A DNA stretch of 64,000 bases, taken from contig JAUCBJ010000517.1 in assembly GCA_032718475.1 (NCBI GenBank), positions 1 to 64,000 on the forward strand, given 5' to 3'. The DNA is from Nemertoderma westbladi. Its lineage: Eukaryota; Animalia; Xenacoelomorpha. The notes beneath the pieces were generated by a model. It saw only the letters and a program-made list of their open reading frames with translations. It did not search any database and was not told where the DNA came from. This document shows positions 50,017 to 63,295 of this stretch, piece after piece. The position numbers and the translations under genes are program-made. Positions within the stretch are counted from its first letter, which is position 1. The number at the start of each line of letters is the position of its first letter.

Positions 50017-51999
50017 GCTACATTACTGTACAGCAAGCCAATTGTTACGGTGGCCCACAACTCTTCACTACAAAAGACTACTAACGGCAAGATAAAGAAT
50101 AGAAAACTTAGCTAACTTTGCAGACTGCAGCTGCAATGTAACAGGCCGATTACTGAAGATACTGTAGATTAAGAGAACAAGGTACTGTAGTACTGTAATT
50201 ATTTCATTGAGTATCTCAGTGATATTATTGTATCATAATTTCTACATTATTGAGTAGTTCTATGTACTAAATGTATATCCCCACTGACGTTGATGATAAC
50301 TGTGGTCCAGAGTTTCGTCAGTCCTTTCTTCTAAGCTTTATTGAATCATCAGTTACTTGAGATTCCCCAATCATCATTTAAAAAATACATGGTTTGAAAT
50401 TGAGTAAGCATTCATTAAAATAGTTTTCAAGTGGGATAATATGGTGTCGGTTTGTTGGAACTCAAGACTTTCTAGCCTGTTCTATCAGCGGGACCGATGT
50501 AAAAAACATTACTGTACATTTGTGAGCAGCAATTGTTAATTGCCAATATCTGCTCAACTTTTCGAACTCGATAGAGCACTAGACAGAGGAAGTTACTATG
50601 GGAACTTCTAACATGTAGCTTTACCTTATCAGGATTACAATGGCAGCTGAGTAGCTCAGGTGTTATATAAAACCAAAACAATAAACTTAATTCAATATCA
50701 TTGGTTACAGTTTAATTTTTCTTGAAATCAGCTACCATAGCGATAGCATCATAATTACAGATTAATTAGTTTGAATTATATAACATAGATACTGTACATA
50801 TGAACTGCTGCGCGTGGCATTATTATAAAGTTCAAAAGCAATATTCACAGAAATCAAACAGAATACTGTAGCATACCGATTACTGTAAATAGTTTTACAG
50901 GATGAAAAACTAATAGATGGAAAAACGCTGTAATTTAAATCGAAACAACCTCTGAGTGAGCAAAATCTTATGAAAAGTAATAGACCCCTAGATCCCTTCC
51001 TATAATAAATGAAAAGTTACACTTCTCAACATTATGACCCCAGTGAATTATGTACCAAGCGAGCACAGCGAGGGAGGTTTACTTAAATAATAGAGGATCT
51101 TTATAACGCTGAATTGTGCACTTTCCATCAATAATATAGGTTATTTTGTTACGTTATACCGTATCACCTTAGTTGTGGTTCAGAAAGTGCATATCACGCT
51201 CGAGGAGATTCACTACGCTCGAGGTCCCGACGGATTTATCCGACGCGCACTCACTCTTTTACTTCGCATCTGGTGCTACGTCCCCTCTTAGTCATCTCAC
51301 ACATTTTCCATACCATTTTCACTTTCTTCTCTCACTTTCCTTTCCCTTGCACACTCCCTGAGTCGAATCCACATTTATTCACCTTTCGCTCTCCACTCAG
51401 CACTCACTCCTCCTCACAGACTCTTATTCCTGCGTGCAGACGCTGTGCACTCTGGCATTGTCATGCATGCATTCATTAATTATGATTATTTTATTATTTT
51501 GTGGTCTCGCCCGGTGTTGTTGTTAGTCCAGTGTCTGGTCTCCTCTTCCCATTCGTTACTTGACAAAATAAATTTGAAATTTACTTCGTAGTTATGTATC
51601 TATTCTGAACCTACTTCGATTATTAAGTAACTTATTGCACTTTCAGAATTACAGTATAATCAATTATTTACAGTATGTATCCTGCACTGTATATAGTCCA
51701 TATATTAAATAGGCCAACTATATTATCTCAAATTACTTAATTATTACTTGTTGCGGTATCCACCACCAACCCCATACCGATTTACAAATCAATTCATCGT
51801 CCATTGCCCACGCAATGCGCAGCAAACCAAAAACTGAAGCGTTGTCTAATTTAATAATGAAAAGCTGCGAAGTCTAAACTACAGTATGTAGCGTCATATG
51901 CTTTTACTATCCAAACGCATGGATATAATTTCGTCTGTAGTAGGTGTACAGTATTAGATTCCCACTAACATGCAGAAATACTGTATCAGGTGGACTTAC

Positions 52000-52402
52000 C
52001 ATGCATTGTTTCGAAGAATGTTGGTAAAAGCATCCCCCAATACATCTATGATCGCAACATTGTTTTGATTTGTGTTCCGTTAAGTTAGTCGCAAAGTCGG
52101 CACACCTTTCGTCACAAATACTCTGATCGCAAGATAGATAGTTAAACGTCTGGCAACTTGTCTCATCTGGACCAAAGCAGTGTTCACAGGAAGAGTGGCA
52201 TTGGGCAGCTTCATCTGCAAATAAACCTCGTTGTTGAGATTTGATGTTATTCAAATTCCCCGCCACTTTCTTGGTAATGCTGGCGACACAGTATACCGGT
52301 AGCTGCTTCATCACGAAACAATAAATTAGGACGACATAAATTAGGTGACATAAGGACAAGGGGTAATAAAATTTCGAGTAATTGTGGATAATTCTTCCAC
52401 AT
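52000..52402 (-). CDS. First two exons (52402-52297, 52214-52000) of a probably secreted protein with an EGFR/insulin-receptor-type furin-like Cys-rich module
   Basis: MWKNYPQLLEILLPLVLMSPNLC signal-like; phase-1 82-bp intron gtatac..tttgcag; CHSSCEHCFGP..CQ..C..C..RC..CCDHRCIGGC..C; donor ATG|gtaagt. Confidence 0.65.
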
Positions 52403-53085
52403 CGCTTCGGGTAAATCGCAAGTTTTGCATTTTGCGAAAGGCAATTTAACTCAAAACGATTCGCTGAATTTTCAAAGAAATAAGGTACCGGTAGGGCCTA
52501 TTTATTAAAAAGTTTCCTAATATTTCTTGTTAATACTGTAATACAGTAAATAGTCCTACAAGCTGAATCGCGGATAAAACAATAAGCAACTTTCTAAGAA
52601 CACGTCGAAAATCATATCAGATATTATTTAATCAAATTTAGATACAGTATACCAGATGTACGTATTATAATTAGTTTTGTCGCAACAGTAAGCTTTTTGT
52701 AGGCCCATTTTAAGAATTGTATAATGTTTTTTTTTCTCTACTGTATGTATATTGTTTGTTTGTTTAAACTGGTGTCTGAAATAATGGGATCCTCCGTGCA
52801 GGCACCAGCCACGCAAATCTAATTCAATTATTTTAAATTCACAATGTAATTAAATACTATATTATTAATAATAATAGCTTGTTTCTATCAGTTCATATTA
52901 TTGTGTTGTGCATGCATTATTATATCATTTAATATCAATATTTGTGTGGGAATAGTTTAATAAAAGTTAAAAGTTAAAGTTACTGTATATTTATTTATTT
53001 TTACATATTTGAAAAATTTATTATTATTTATGTTGAGTTGAAAGTCCGGTGCTAACGCCTGTACAATCTTCGGTACTGTCTGACT

Positions 53086-54687
53086 ATGGCACGTCTTCAG
53101 GAATGGTTGAAAATCATTACAGAGATATTAATTATGTTGCGAATTTCCCACTCTCTCGATATTATTCAACAATCCGACTTGATCGATCTCACTAAATCTG
53201 GTTGCCTGGTAACCTGCACCGATACAGACATGATAACGGAAGTCTGCGCCACTCATCTATCGAGATTGGAGACAATATTCGCCGGTTCCAATCCTCGGGT
53301 AAACTTCGGCGTCCTTTCCGGGGAATCACCCGTCCGCTCGGATGGATTCACCTCCTCTCACTCAGTGTATTCCCAACTCGCTAACGACTCACCGTTGCAC
53401 CAGCACACACCGGTGGTTCTTTACCAACGCTACGTGGCCGACCGAACTTGCCTCCACCCGGCACTTTCGCAACACCGTCAACCATTCCCTTACACCGGGA
53501 AACTCGAAACGACCGATCTATTGCACTTCATCAACTCATATTGTTTCACTTTTATTAACGAAACGGGAAACTTAACGGCAGCGGGACAACGTAAGAGAGA
53601 TATAGTTGCTAATTTATTTTCCGTTTCGCAAATATCCAATGTAACTACGGGGTCGTTGCGAAATATACAGAGTAGTTGTCTAGGCGACGTTGCGTGCAGC
53701 GAGACCGTTGATATGGCAACGCCAGAATGCGAGAGGGTATCTGCAAACGAGATGACGTCATCGGAGTTCCTCCACCGCTATTTATCCAAGAGTAAACCGT
53801 TTATACTGACCAACGGGACTTTCGACTGGCCAGCTAACACGCGATGGGTAACCGAATATTTTCTCCGTAACTACGGCAATAAGTCGACGCATGTTAAACT
53901 GGCACCGGGCGGGATATTCGAGGGGGTAGATAAAGCGTCAGACTGGGACGACTTTATTTCCTTCTCCATTCCGGACACCGTGAGGGAGCAGCTGCCCCAT
54001 CCCGACCTAGTAGTCGTGCGTCCCGCCACTCTCGACATTCCATTCTCGGAGTTTCTCGCGATGATTTCGGACGGATACGGGCCCAAATACAACGTATCCG
54101 CCTACCTCGAATACTCGTCGATACTGGAACACTTTCCGAAACTGCGAGCGGATATTCGGGATATTGAAGTCGCGCGAAACCTACTCGATATCGAGGATGT
54201 TAACATCTGGTTGAGCGATGGGAATACCTTGGGGAAACTACATTTCGACCCATTCGATAACTTTCTGTGTCAAATTAAAGGTGAGAAAGAGTTAATCCTG
54301 TTTGAACCGCACCGCAATAGCAACTTGTACGAGGGCCATATCCCAGAATCGAAACTTTCCTACAACACGAAGACCAAAGCTTTTAGGAAGAGGTCGCTAT
54401 TGGACAGTACAGCCATGGTAATGTCTCCCGTGGATATAGTGAACCCGGACTTGGAGAGGTTCCCACTGTTCGCAGACACCCACCCAATACGATGTCGTAT
54501 AAAGGAAGGTGATTCTCTTTATCTCCCGGCCTTTTGGTGGCATGAAGTCCAATCGTTTCCAAACCCCAAGGAGAAACGGAATATTGCGGTGAACTTCTGG
54601 TATAAACCGTTCCTTCATAAGGAGTTCCCTTGTGCCGAGTGTAAAATGGATGTGAATCCACATTACTTTAATTTACTACTACAATAA
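53086..54687 (+). CDS. JmjC (cupin_8, JMJD7-like) 2-oxoglutarate/Fe(II) dioxygenase with N-terminal extension, intronless
   Basis: NIWLSDGNTLGKLHFDPFDNFLCQIKGEK (HxD), GDSLYLPAFWWHEVQS (distal His), IAVNFWY; hydrophobic N-terminus. Confidence 0.92.
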   Translation: MARLQEWLKIITEILIMLRISHSLDIIQQSDLIDLTKSGCLVTCTDTDMITEVCATHLSRLETIFAGSNPRVNFGVLSGESPVRSDGFTSSHSVYSQLANDSPLHQHTPVVLYQRYVADRTCLHPALSQHRQPFPYTGKLETTDLLHFINSYCFTFINETGNLTAAGQRKRDIVANLFSVSQISNVTTGSLRNIQSSCLGDVACSETVDMATPECERVSANEMTSSEFLHRYLSKSKPFILTNGTFDWPANTRWVTEYFLRNYGNKSTHVKLAPGGIFEGVDKASDWDDFISFSIPDTVREQLPHPDLVVVRPATLDIPFSEFLAMISDGYGPKYNVSAYLEYSSILEHFPKLRADIRDIEVARNLLDIEDVNIWLSDGNTLGKLHFDPFDNFLCQIKGEKELILFEPHRNSNLYEGHIPESKLSYNTKTKAFRKRSLLDSTAMVMSPVDIVNPDLERFPLFADTHPIRCRIKEGDSLYLPAFWWHEVQSFPNPKEKRNIAVNFWYKPFLHKEFPCAECKMDVNPHYFNLLLQ

Positions 54688-57600
54688 ACTAACATTACTT
54701 ACATTTACTATACTACTACAATAAACTAACATTACTTACATTTACTATACTACTACAATAAACTAACATTACTTCCATTTACTACTACAATAAACTAACA
54801 TTACTTACATTTACTATACTACTACAATAAACTAACATTACTTCCATTTTCTACTACAATAAACTATCATTACTTACATTTACTACTACAATAAACTAAC
54901 ATTACTTACATTTACTATACTACTACAATAAACTAACATTACTTACATTTACTACTACAATAAACTAACATTACTTACATTTTCTACTACAATAAACTAA
55001 CATTACTTACATTTACTACTACAATAAACTAACATTACTTACATTTTCTACTACAATAAACTAACATTACTTACATTTACTATACTACTACAATAAACTA
55101 ACATTACTTACATTTACTACTACAATAAACTAACATACATTACTTCATTACAACATTACTTACATTTACTATACTACTACAATAAACTAACATTACTTCC
55201 ATTTTCTACTACAATAAACTATCATTACTTACATTTACTACTACAATAAACTAACATTACTTACATTTACTATACTACTACAATAAACTAACATTACTTA
55301 CATTTACTATACTGCTACAATAAACTAAGATTACTTACATTTACTACTACAATAAACTAACATTACTTCCATTTACTACTACAATAAACTAACATTACTT
55401 ACATTTACTATACTACTACAATAAACTAACATTACTTACATTTACTATACTACTACAATAAACTAACATTACTTCCATTTTCTACTACAGTGAACTAACA
55501 TTACTTCCATTTACTACTACAATAAACTAACATTACTTACATTTACTATACTACTACAATAAACTAACATTACTTACATTTACTATACTACTACAATAAA
55601 CTAACATTACTTACATTTACTATACTGCTACAATAAACTAACATTACTTACATTTACTATACTACTACAATAAACTAACATTACTTCCATTTTCTACTAC
55701 AGTGAACTAACATTACTTCCATTTACTACTACAATAAACTAACATTACTTACATTGACTATACTACTACAATAAACTAACATTACTTCCATTTTCTACTA
55801 CAATGAACTAACATTACTTCCATTTACTACTACAATAAACTAACATTACTTACATTTACTACTACAATAAACTAACATTACTTACATTTACTACTACAAT
55901 AAACTATCATTACTTCCATTTACTACTACAATAAACTAACATTACTTACATTTACTACTACAATAAACTAACATTACTTACATTTACTATACTACTACAA
56001 TAAACTATCATTACTTCCATTTACTACTACAATAAACTATCATTACTTCCATTTACTACTACAATAAACTAACATTACTTACATTTACTACTACAATAAA
56101 CTAACATTACATACATTTACTTTACTACTACAATAAACTAACATTACTTACATTTACTATACTACTACAATAAACTAACATTACTTACATTTACTACTAC
56201 AATAAACTAACATTACTTACATTTACTACTACAATAAACTAACATTACTTCCATTTTCTACTACAGTGAACTAACATTACTTCCATTTACTACTACAATA
56301 AACTAACATTACTTACATTTACTATACTACTACAATAAACTAACATTACTTACATTTACTATACTACTACAATAAACTAACATTACTTACATTTACTATA
56401 CTGCTACAATAAACTAACATTACTTACATTTACTATACTACTACAATAAACTAACATTACTTACATTGACTATACTACTACAATAAACTAACATTACTTC
56501 CATTTTCTACTACAATGAACTAACATTACTTCCATTTACTACTACAATAAACTAACATTACTTACATTTACTACTACAATAAACTAACATTACTTACATT
56601 TACTACTACAATAAACTAACATTACTTACATTTACTACTACAATAAACTAACATTACTTACATTTACTATACTACTACAATAAACTATCATTACTTCCAT
56701 TTACTACTACAATAAACTATCATTACTTCCATTTACTACTACAATAAACTAACATTACTTACATTTACTATACTACTACAATAAACTAACATTACTTACA
56801 TTTACTACTACAATAAACTATCATTACTTCCATTTACTACTACAATAAACTAACATTACTTACATTTACTATACTACTACAATAAACTAACATTACTTAC
56901 ATTTTCTACTACAATAAACTAACATTACTTACATTTACTATACTACTACAATAAACTAACATTACTTACATTTACTATACTACTACAATAAACTAACATT
57001 ACTTACATTTACTATACTACTACAATAAACTAACATTACTTACATTTACTATACTACTACAATAAACTAACATTACTTACATTTACTATACTGCTACAAT
57101 AAACTAACATTACTTACATTTACTATACTACTACAATAAACTAACATTACTTCCATTTTCTACTACAGTGAACTAACATTACTTCCATTTACTACTACAA
57201 TAAACTAACATTACTTACATTTACTATACTACTACAATAAACTAACATTACTTACATTTACTATACTACTACAATAAACTAACATTACTTACATTTACTA
57301 CTACAATAAACTAACATTACTTACATTTACTATACTATACTACTACAATAAACTAACATTACTTACATTTACTATACTGCTACAATAAACTAACATTACT
57401 TACATTTACTATACTACTACAATAAACTAACATTACTTACATTTACTACTACAATAAACTAACATTACTTACATTTACTATACAACTACAATAAACTAAC
57501 ATTACTTACATTTTCTACTACAATAAACTAACATTACTTACATTTACTACTACAATAAACTAACATTACTTACATTTACTATACTACTACAATAAACTAA

Positions 57601-59600
57601 CATTACTTACATTTACTATACTACTACAATAAACTAACATTACTTACATTTACTATACTACTACAATAAACTAACATTACTTACATTTAATATACTACTA
57701 CAATAAACTATCATTACTTACATTTACTACTACAATAAACTATCATTACTTCCATTTACTATACAACTACAATAAACTAACATTACTTACATTTACTATA
57801 CTACTACAATAAACTAACATTACTTACATTTACTATACTACTACAATAAACTAACATTACTTACATTTACTATACTACTACAATAAACTAACATTACTTA
57901 CATTTACTATACAACTACAATAAACTAACATTACTTACATTTTCTACTACAATAAACTAACATTACTTACATTTACTACTACAATAAACTAACATTACTT
58001 ACATTTACTACTACAATAAACTAACATTACTTACATTTACTATACTACTACAATAAGCTAACATTACTTACATTTACTATACTACTACAATAAACTAACA
58101 TTACTTACATTTACTATACTACTACAATAAACTAACATTACTTACATTTACTATACTACTACAATAAACTAACATTACTTACATTTACTACTACAATAAA
58201 TTATCATTACTTCCATTTACTGCTACAATAAACTAACATTACTTACATTTACTATACTACTACAATAAACTAACATTACTTACATTTTCTACTACAATAA
58301 ACTAACATTACTTCCATTTTCTACTACAATAAACTAACATTACTTACATTTACTATATTACTACAATAAACTAACATTACTTCCATTTTCTACTACAATA
58401 AACTAACATTACTTACATTTACTATACTACTACAATAAACTAACATTACTTACATTTACTACTACAATAAACTAACATACATTACTTCATTACAACATTA
58501 CAACATTACTTACATTTACTATACAACTACAATAAACTAACATTACTTACATTTACTACTACAATAAACTAACATTACTTACATTTACTATACTACTACA
58601 ATAAACTAACATTACTTACATTTACTATACTACTACAACAAACTAACATTACTTACATTTTCTACTACAATAAACTAACATTACTTACATTTACTATACT
58701 ACTACAATAAACTAACATTACTTACATTTACTACTACAATAAACTAACATACATTACTTCATTACAACATTACAACATTACTTACATTTACTATACAACT
58801 ACAATAAACTAACATTACTTCCATTTACTACTACAATAAACTAACATTACTTACATTTACTATACAACTACAATAAACTAACATACATTACTTCATTACA
58901 ACATTACAACATTACTTACATTTACTATACTACTACAATAAACTAAGATTACTTACATTTACTACTACAATAAACTAACATTACTTCCATTTACTACTAC
59001 AATAAACTAACATTACTTACATTTACTATACTACTACAATAAACTAAGATTACTTACATTTACTACTACAATAAACTAACATTACTTACATTTACTATAC
59101 TACTACAATAAACTAACATTACTTACATTTACTATACTACTACAATAAACTAACATTACTTACATTTACTATACTACTACAATAAACTAACATTACTTCC
59201 ATTTACTACTACAATAAACTATCATTACTTACATTTACTATACTACTACAATAAACTAACATTACTTACATTTACTATACTACTACAATAAACTAACATT
59301 ACTTACATTTACTATACTACTACAATAAACTAACATTACTTACATTTACTATACTACTACAATAAACTAACATTACTTACATTTACTATACTACTACAAT
59401 AAACTAACATTACTTACATTTACTATACTACTACAATAAACTAACATTACTTACATTTACTATACTACTACAATAAACTAACATTACTTACATTTACTAT
59501 ACAACTACAATAAACTAACATTACTTCCATTTACTACTACAATAAACTATCATTACTTACATTTACTACTACAATAAACTAACATTACTTACATTTTACT
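54661..59600. repeat. ~4.9-kb minisatellite of 32/37-bp units starting at the JmjC stop codon
   Basis: Unit cattacttacatttacta(tacta)ctacaataaactaa; almost G-free on the + strand. Confidence 0.97.
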
Positions 59601-60109
59601 AACCCACAATAGAATTCCCCGCACTGTAAAATAAACCTACATTACTTCCCCTTTCTTCAATAAACCCACATCAATAAAGTAACATTACGTACTTCCATAA
59701 CTGTGCAATAAGTACTGACTTCCCTTATACTAAATGTAAACCTTTATCGTCTGTGGTCTTATTGTATCGAATCTGCGGGCAAAAATTAATTAAGGTGCTA
59801 AAATCATTTTTTGGATATTTAAGAAACCCTACTTAGCATCAGTGTATCAGTGCTGATCGTTAATAAATTAAACTGCATTAGTGTAGGCTGGGAGGGTGTA
59901 GAACCATATACATACCATATTACCTGAGCCACATCATTCTCACACACCCATAACAACCCCTGAGTTGCTTATATTTATAGAGGCTGTGTCGTGAAAAAAA
60001 TTTCTGACCAACGTCGTTTCCATGATGACGGCTTGCACTGAGGTGCAGTGCTGGCGAACCCAGCGCAACATAGCGCCCCCTACTGGCGGACACAGCAATA
60101 TAGCGCCCC

Positions 60110-60570
60110 TAGATCTCAAGGTCAGTTATACGCTTTACTAGTTCACTATTCTCTAGTTCTGTGTCCGTGAGTATAGGCGCGTTAGAGGGAAGGAAAGTCT
60201 TTGGTTGTCCACCACGGCTAATATGACCTAACGGCTGCCACAGCTCATTATTGTACCCGCAAAAACTGTGTCCAGCATGCTTCGACGCTTCTGCATGGTG
60301 ATGTTGGGTCTCGGCAACATGTTGCAATATAACACCTAATTTCTTATGTATCATACAGGCATTTGTGCACTTTGCTTAGCATCCTGTTATATGTAGTATG
60401 TACCATCCAGAACCTGAGGTGTCTTCTGCAGTTAGAGCCCAGCATGGGCTGCCATGGTGCAGCATAGGCTCGAGTTCTGCACGGATAAGGCATACCTTTA
60501 AAGAGCAGAGACCAGGCTATCTCATTGTGAATTCGGAAATCTTCACCAAACCTGTGAACCCATGCGCCAT
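60110..60570 (-). pseudogene. Highly degenerate RTE 3' fragment
   Basis: Reverse complement contains ccatgctgggctctaactgcagaagacac (cf. ~6558-6586) and encodes AGHSF..LWQPLG..GGQPKTFL. Confidence 0.75.
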
Positions 60571-62406
60571 TGTTTCCAAGGTAACGGATAATAATGAAGA
60601 AACTATTTTTCTATTTCAGTCATCAGATAAAAATTCCGTGTACTTACGAATTGGGCTCAGTTAATATTTGTCGTTTCAACTATGTTGTGACGTAAGCAGA
60701 CGCAAATGGCCTTGTCATTGCGCGCACCGTTTGAACTAAAATAATGTTACCTAATTGAACGTAAACAATCATATTTCCCATAAAAGCAATAGATGTAGGG
60801 GAGCGGCAATCATGGTGTCTAGTCATGGAAACGCCTAAACGAAGCCGTCAGCAGTAAATGCAATCTTCCTCACTTAACATACAGTAACATTATTCCTGTG
60901 ATACTTTTACATCAACTGTTAGACTTTAATTACGTGCCTCTAGACTACAACGTGTATTATTATTAATAATGTTAATTGTGTCTTATTTGGGTTTTTTTAT
61001 TTGAGTTTTGTGTGCTAAAGGTATTTATTCAGAAGTGTAGAAGACTTGTGAAAAAATATCATTGTCCATTGGATAGTTTATGTGCTAAATGTTGTTTAAC
61101 GGCAAACGGTTTCATATTATTTAAATATATTATTTTTGTATTACTTTCTTCATTTGCAATCGATAGTAAATGTTTTTAAAGAACAATCAATCTTGTTAGA
61201 TATTGGTGTTACTAATAACATACTGCACAGTTGGGTTGGTGCGTCATAAAGTGTTTTGGTGAAAACATACCAATTATTTAACCATTAGAATACGATATCA
61301 ACAAAAGTAAACAATTTCCTATTAATTAATATTGTATTAACACAGCTGGACCCTGAACTTCTATTAATAATTTACATATTCAAAATAATATTAGTCTAAA
61401 CACAACACATAATTTAATTTAAGAAAACAACGTCATAAAAGAAAAGTTCAAATTATTGAAGGTAGGGGGGTGGGGGGCGCCATCTCAGCTTCATTCCCCT
61501 GGGAGCCGGAAGGGCTCTCGCTACTCCTCTAAATCGCAATGCGATAAAAAAAAACAAATCAATAATAATGCAATATAATCCGCTAGTTTCACGCAGCGAG
61601 TAATATTATTAAAATCATGACGTATACTTTACTAAACTAAAGGCACAAATTGTGACGTCATGTACGCGACTACCCCAACTCCTCCCTGTCTCAGGAATTT
61701 AAATCTCGGGGGACTTAATATCCCGAATGGAACCGTAGATCCCACTTCAATATAGTTTGGTATCGGTAACAGTTACATTTAGACAGCTATATTTCTAGAT
61801 AATGACCGGGTTTATTAGGGTTAAGGTTCCATAGTATAAAACTTTTTGTAATATTTTATGTTTAATTGTCCTTATTTTTTTTAGAATATGTTGGTTTTAT
61901 CTAAACTCTTCTGTGGCAGTAGCGTCTCCACCCTAATAATATAATATAATTTGGGACTGACTTAGTAACTTACCGGAACACGCTGTTGTATTTCGCATAA
62001 GAATAAACTCTCCATCTTTGTTATTTTTACCAAAAACTTCCTCCCAATTGACTCGATTGAAGTAGCAATCAGTATCTTGTCCATAAACGAAAACATTGCC
62101 TTTTTCGATAGCTGCACAAATATAATATTATGGAGAGAAGGGAGATTAAAATCCATTAATAATAATATAGTCGTAATAATAGTTGGATTGGAGGGGGGTT
62201 GTTATTTTAGAATAATGTAATAAGTAAAAATAATTATTTATTACATGGGGAAAAAAGTAGAACTTTTTTTCACTATTCTCGAGGCATTTTATTTAATTTA
62301 CTGAGAGAGAATATTGAAAAAAAAGTTACGTTTTTTCCCCCACGTAATTTTATTCTTAAATTGGTACTTTTTTGTTGCTTAATTCTTTAATAAAACGTAC
62401 AGCGTA

Positions 62407-63079
62407 CACCATGTCGTGGAATATACAGTAGTGTCGTTATTCAGGTACCTGCCCCCCCCCCCCTCCCCCCAAATATTTCTACAAATCTTAATGAGATTTG
62501 AAATAGAGATAGTTCCACCTCCCTCCTCCTCCGTGGGTGAGCCAGAATTTTTATTTTCGCTTTCATTCTTTAGCTACAAGCGTTTAAAAAAGGTGACTTC
62601 AGTGGTATTTCACCAATTACACCGTAGTTATTTTTCAACCTTATAGTGATTTGTTTGTACTGATGGAAAGCTGGCTATGCAAGGATTCCAAATATGTAAC
62701 AATCTGAATTTCGTTGAAAACTAGCTGAGATATGATATGAGCGTTCAAATGTTGCATGGTTTTGCATCTGCATGAGGCTATTTTATTCTATTAAATAAAC
62801 ATACCATATTCTAGAACATTTTGTTCATTTATGAATAGCTACGTAATAGTGACAAATGATATTATTATTTATAGCCGCTGGGGGCGTTAGCCCAGATGTT
62901 CAATCAATCAATAATTAAAGAGGTATTGGATTGTTGCCTAGCTACGTATGAAATAAACAAAATGTTCGATAATATGGTACACTATCTCTGTTTCAAATTT
63001 ATTTCAATCTCATTAAGATTTGTAGAAAAATTTGGGGGGCAGGTACCTGAATAATGACACCTTATTCCAGGACATGGTG
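62407..63079. mobile_element. Tc1/mariner-like MITE; related fragment at ~30280-30540
   Basis: TA on both flanks; ~48-bp imperfect TIR CACCATGTC..GTGTC.TTATTCAGGTACCTGCCCCCC. Confidence 0.8.
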
Positions 63080-63295
63080 TATGATGGTACTTTTACCACC
63101 AAATATATTTTATTTTACTTTTTCGCCGGGAAAAAAAGTAAAATCAATGCAATCCTACGGGTTACTTTTTTCCCTAGAGAAAAAATAGCAACTTTTTTCG
63201 CGCGATTTTTGTCTTCGAGCGAAAAAGTAACAATTTAAGAATAAAAAATAATTATTAACATTAAAAATCCATAGCCCTTGAAATAAACGTTGAGA

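Noticed and set aside
51907-52359. 150-aa ORF as given (TTG start)
   Set aside because: No in-frame ATG before the hydrophobic stretch and it reads through a strong donor; the spliced model from ATG 52402 fits better.
13087-62470. Scattered poly-G/poly-C runs as G-quadruplex elements
   Set aside because: Mostly within MITE remnants, and homopolymer lengths are unreliable.
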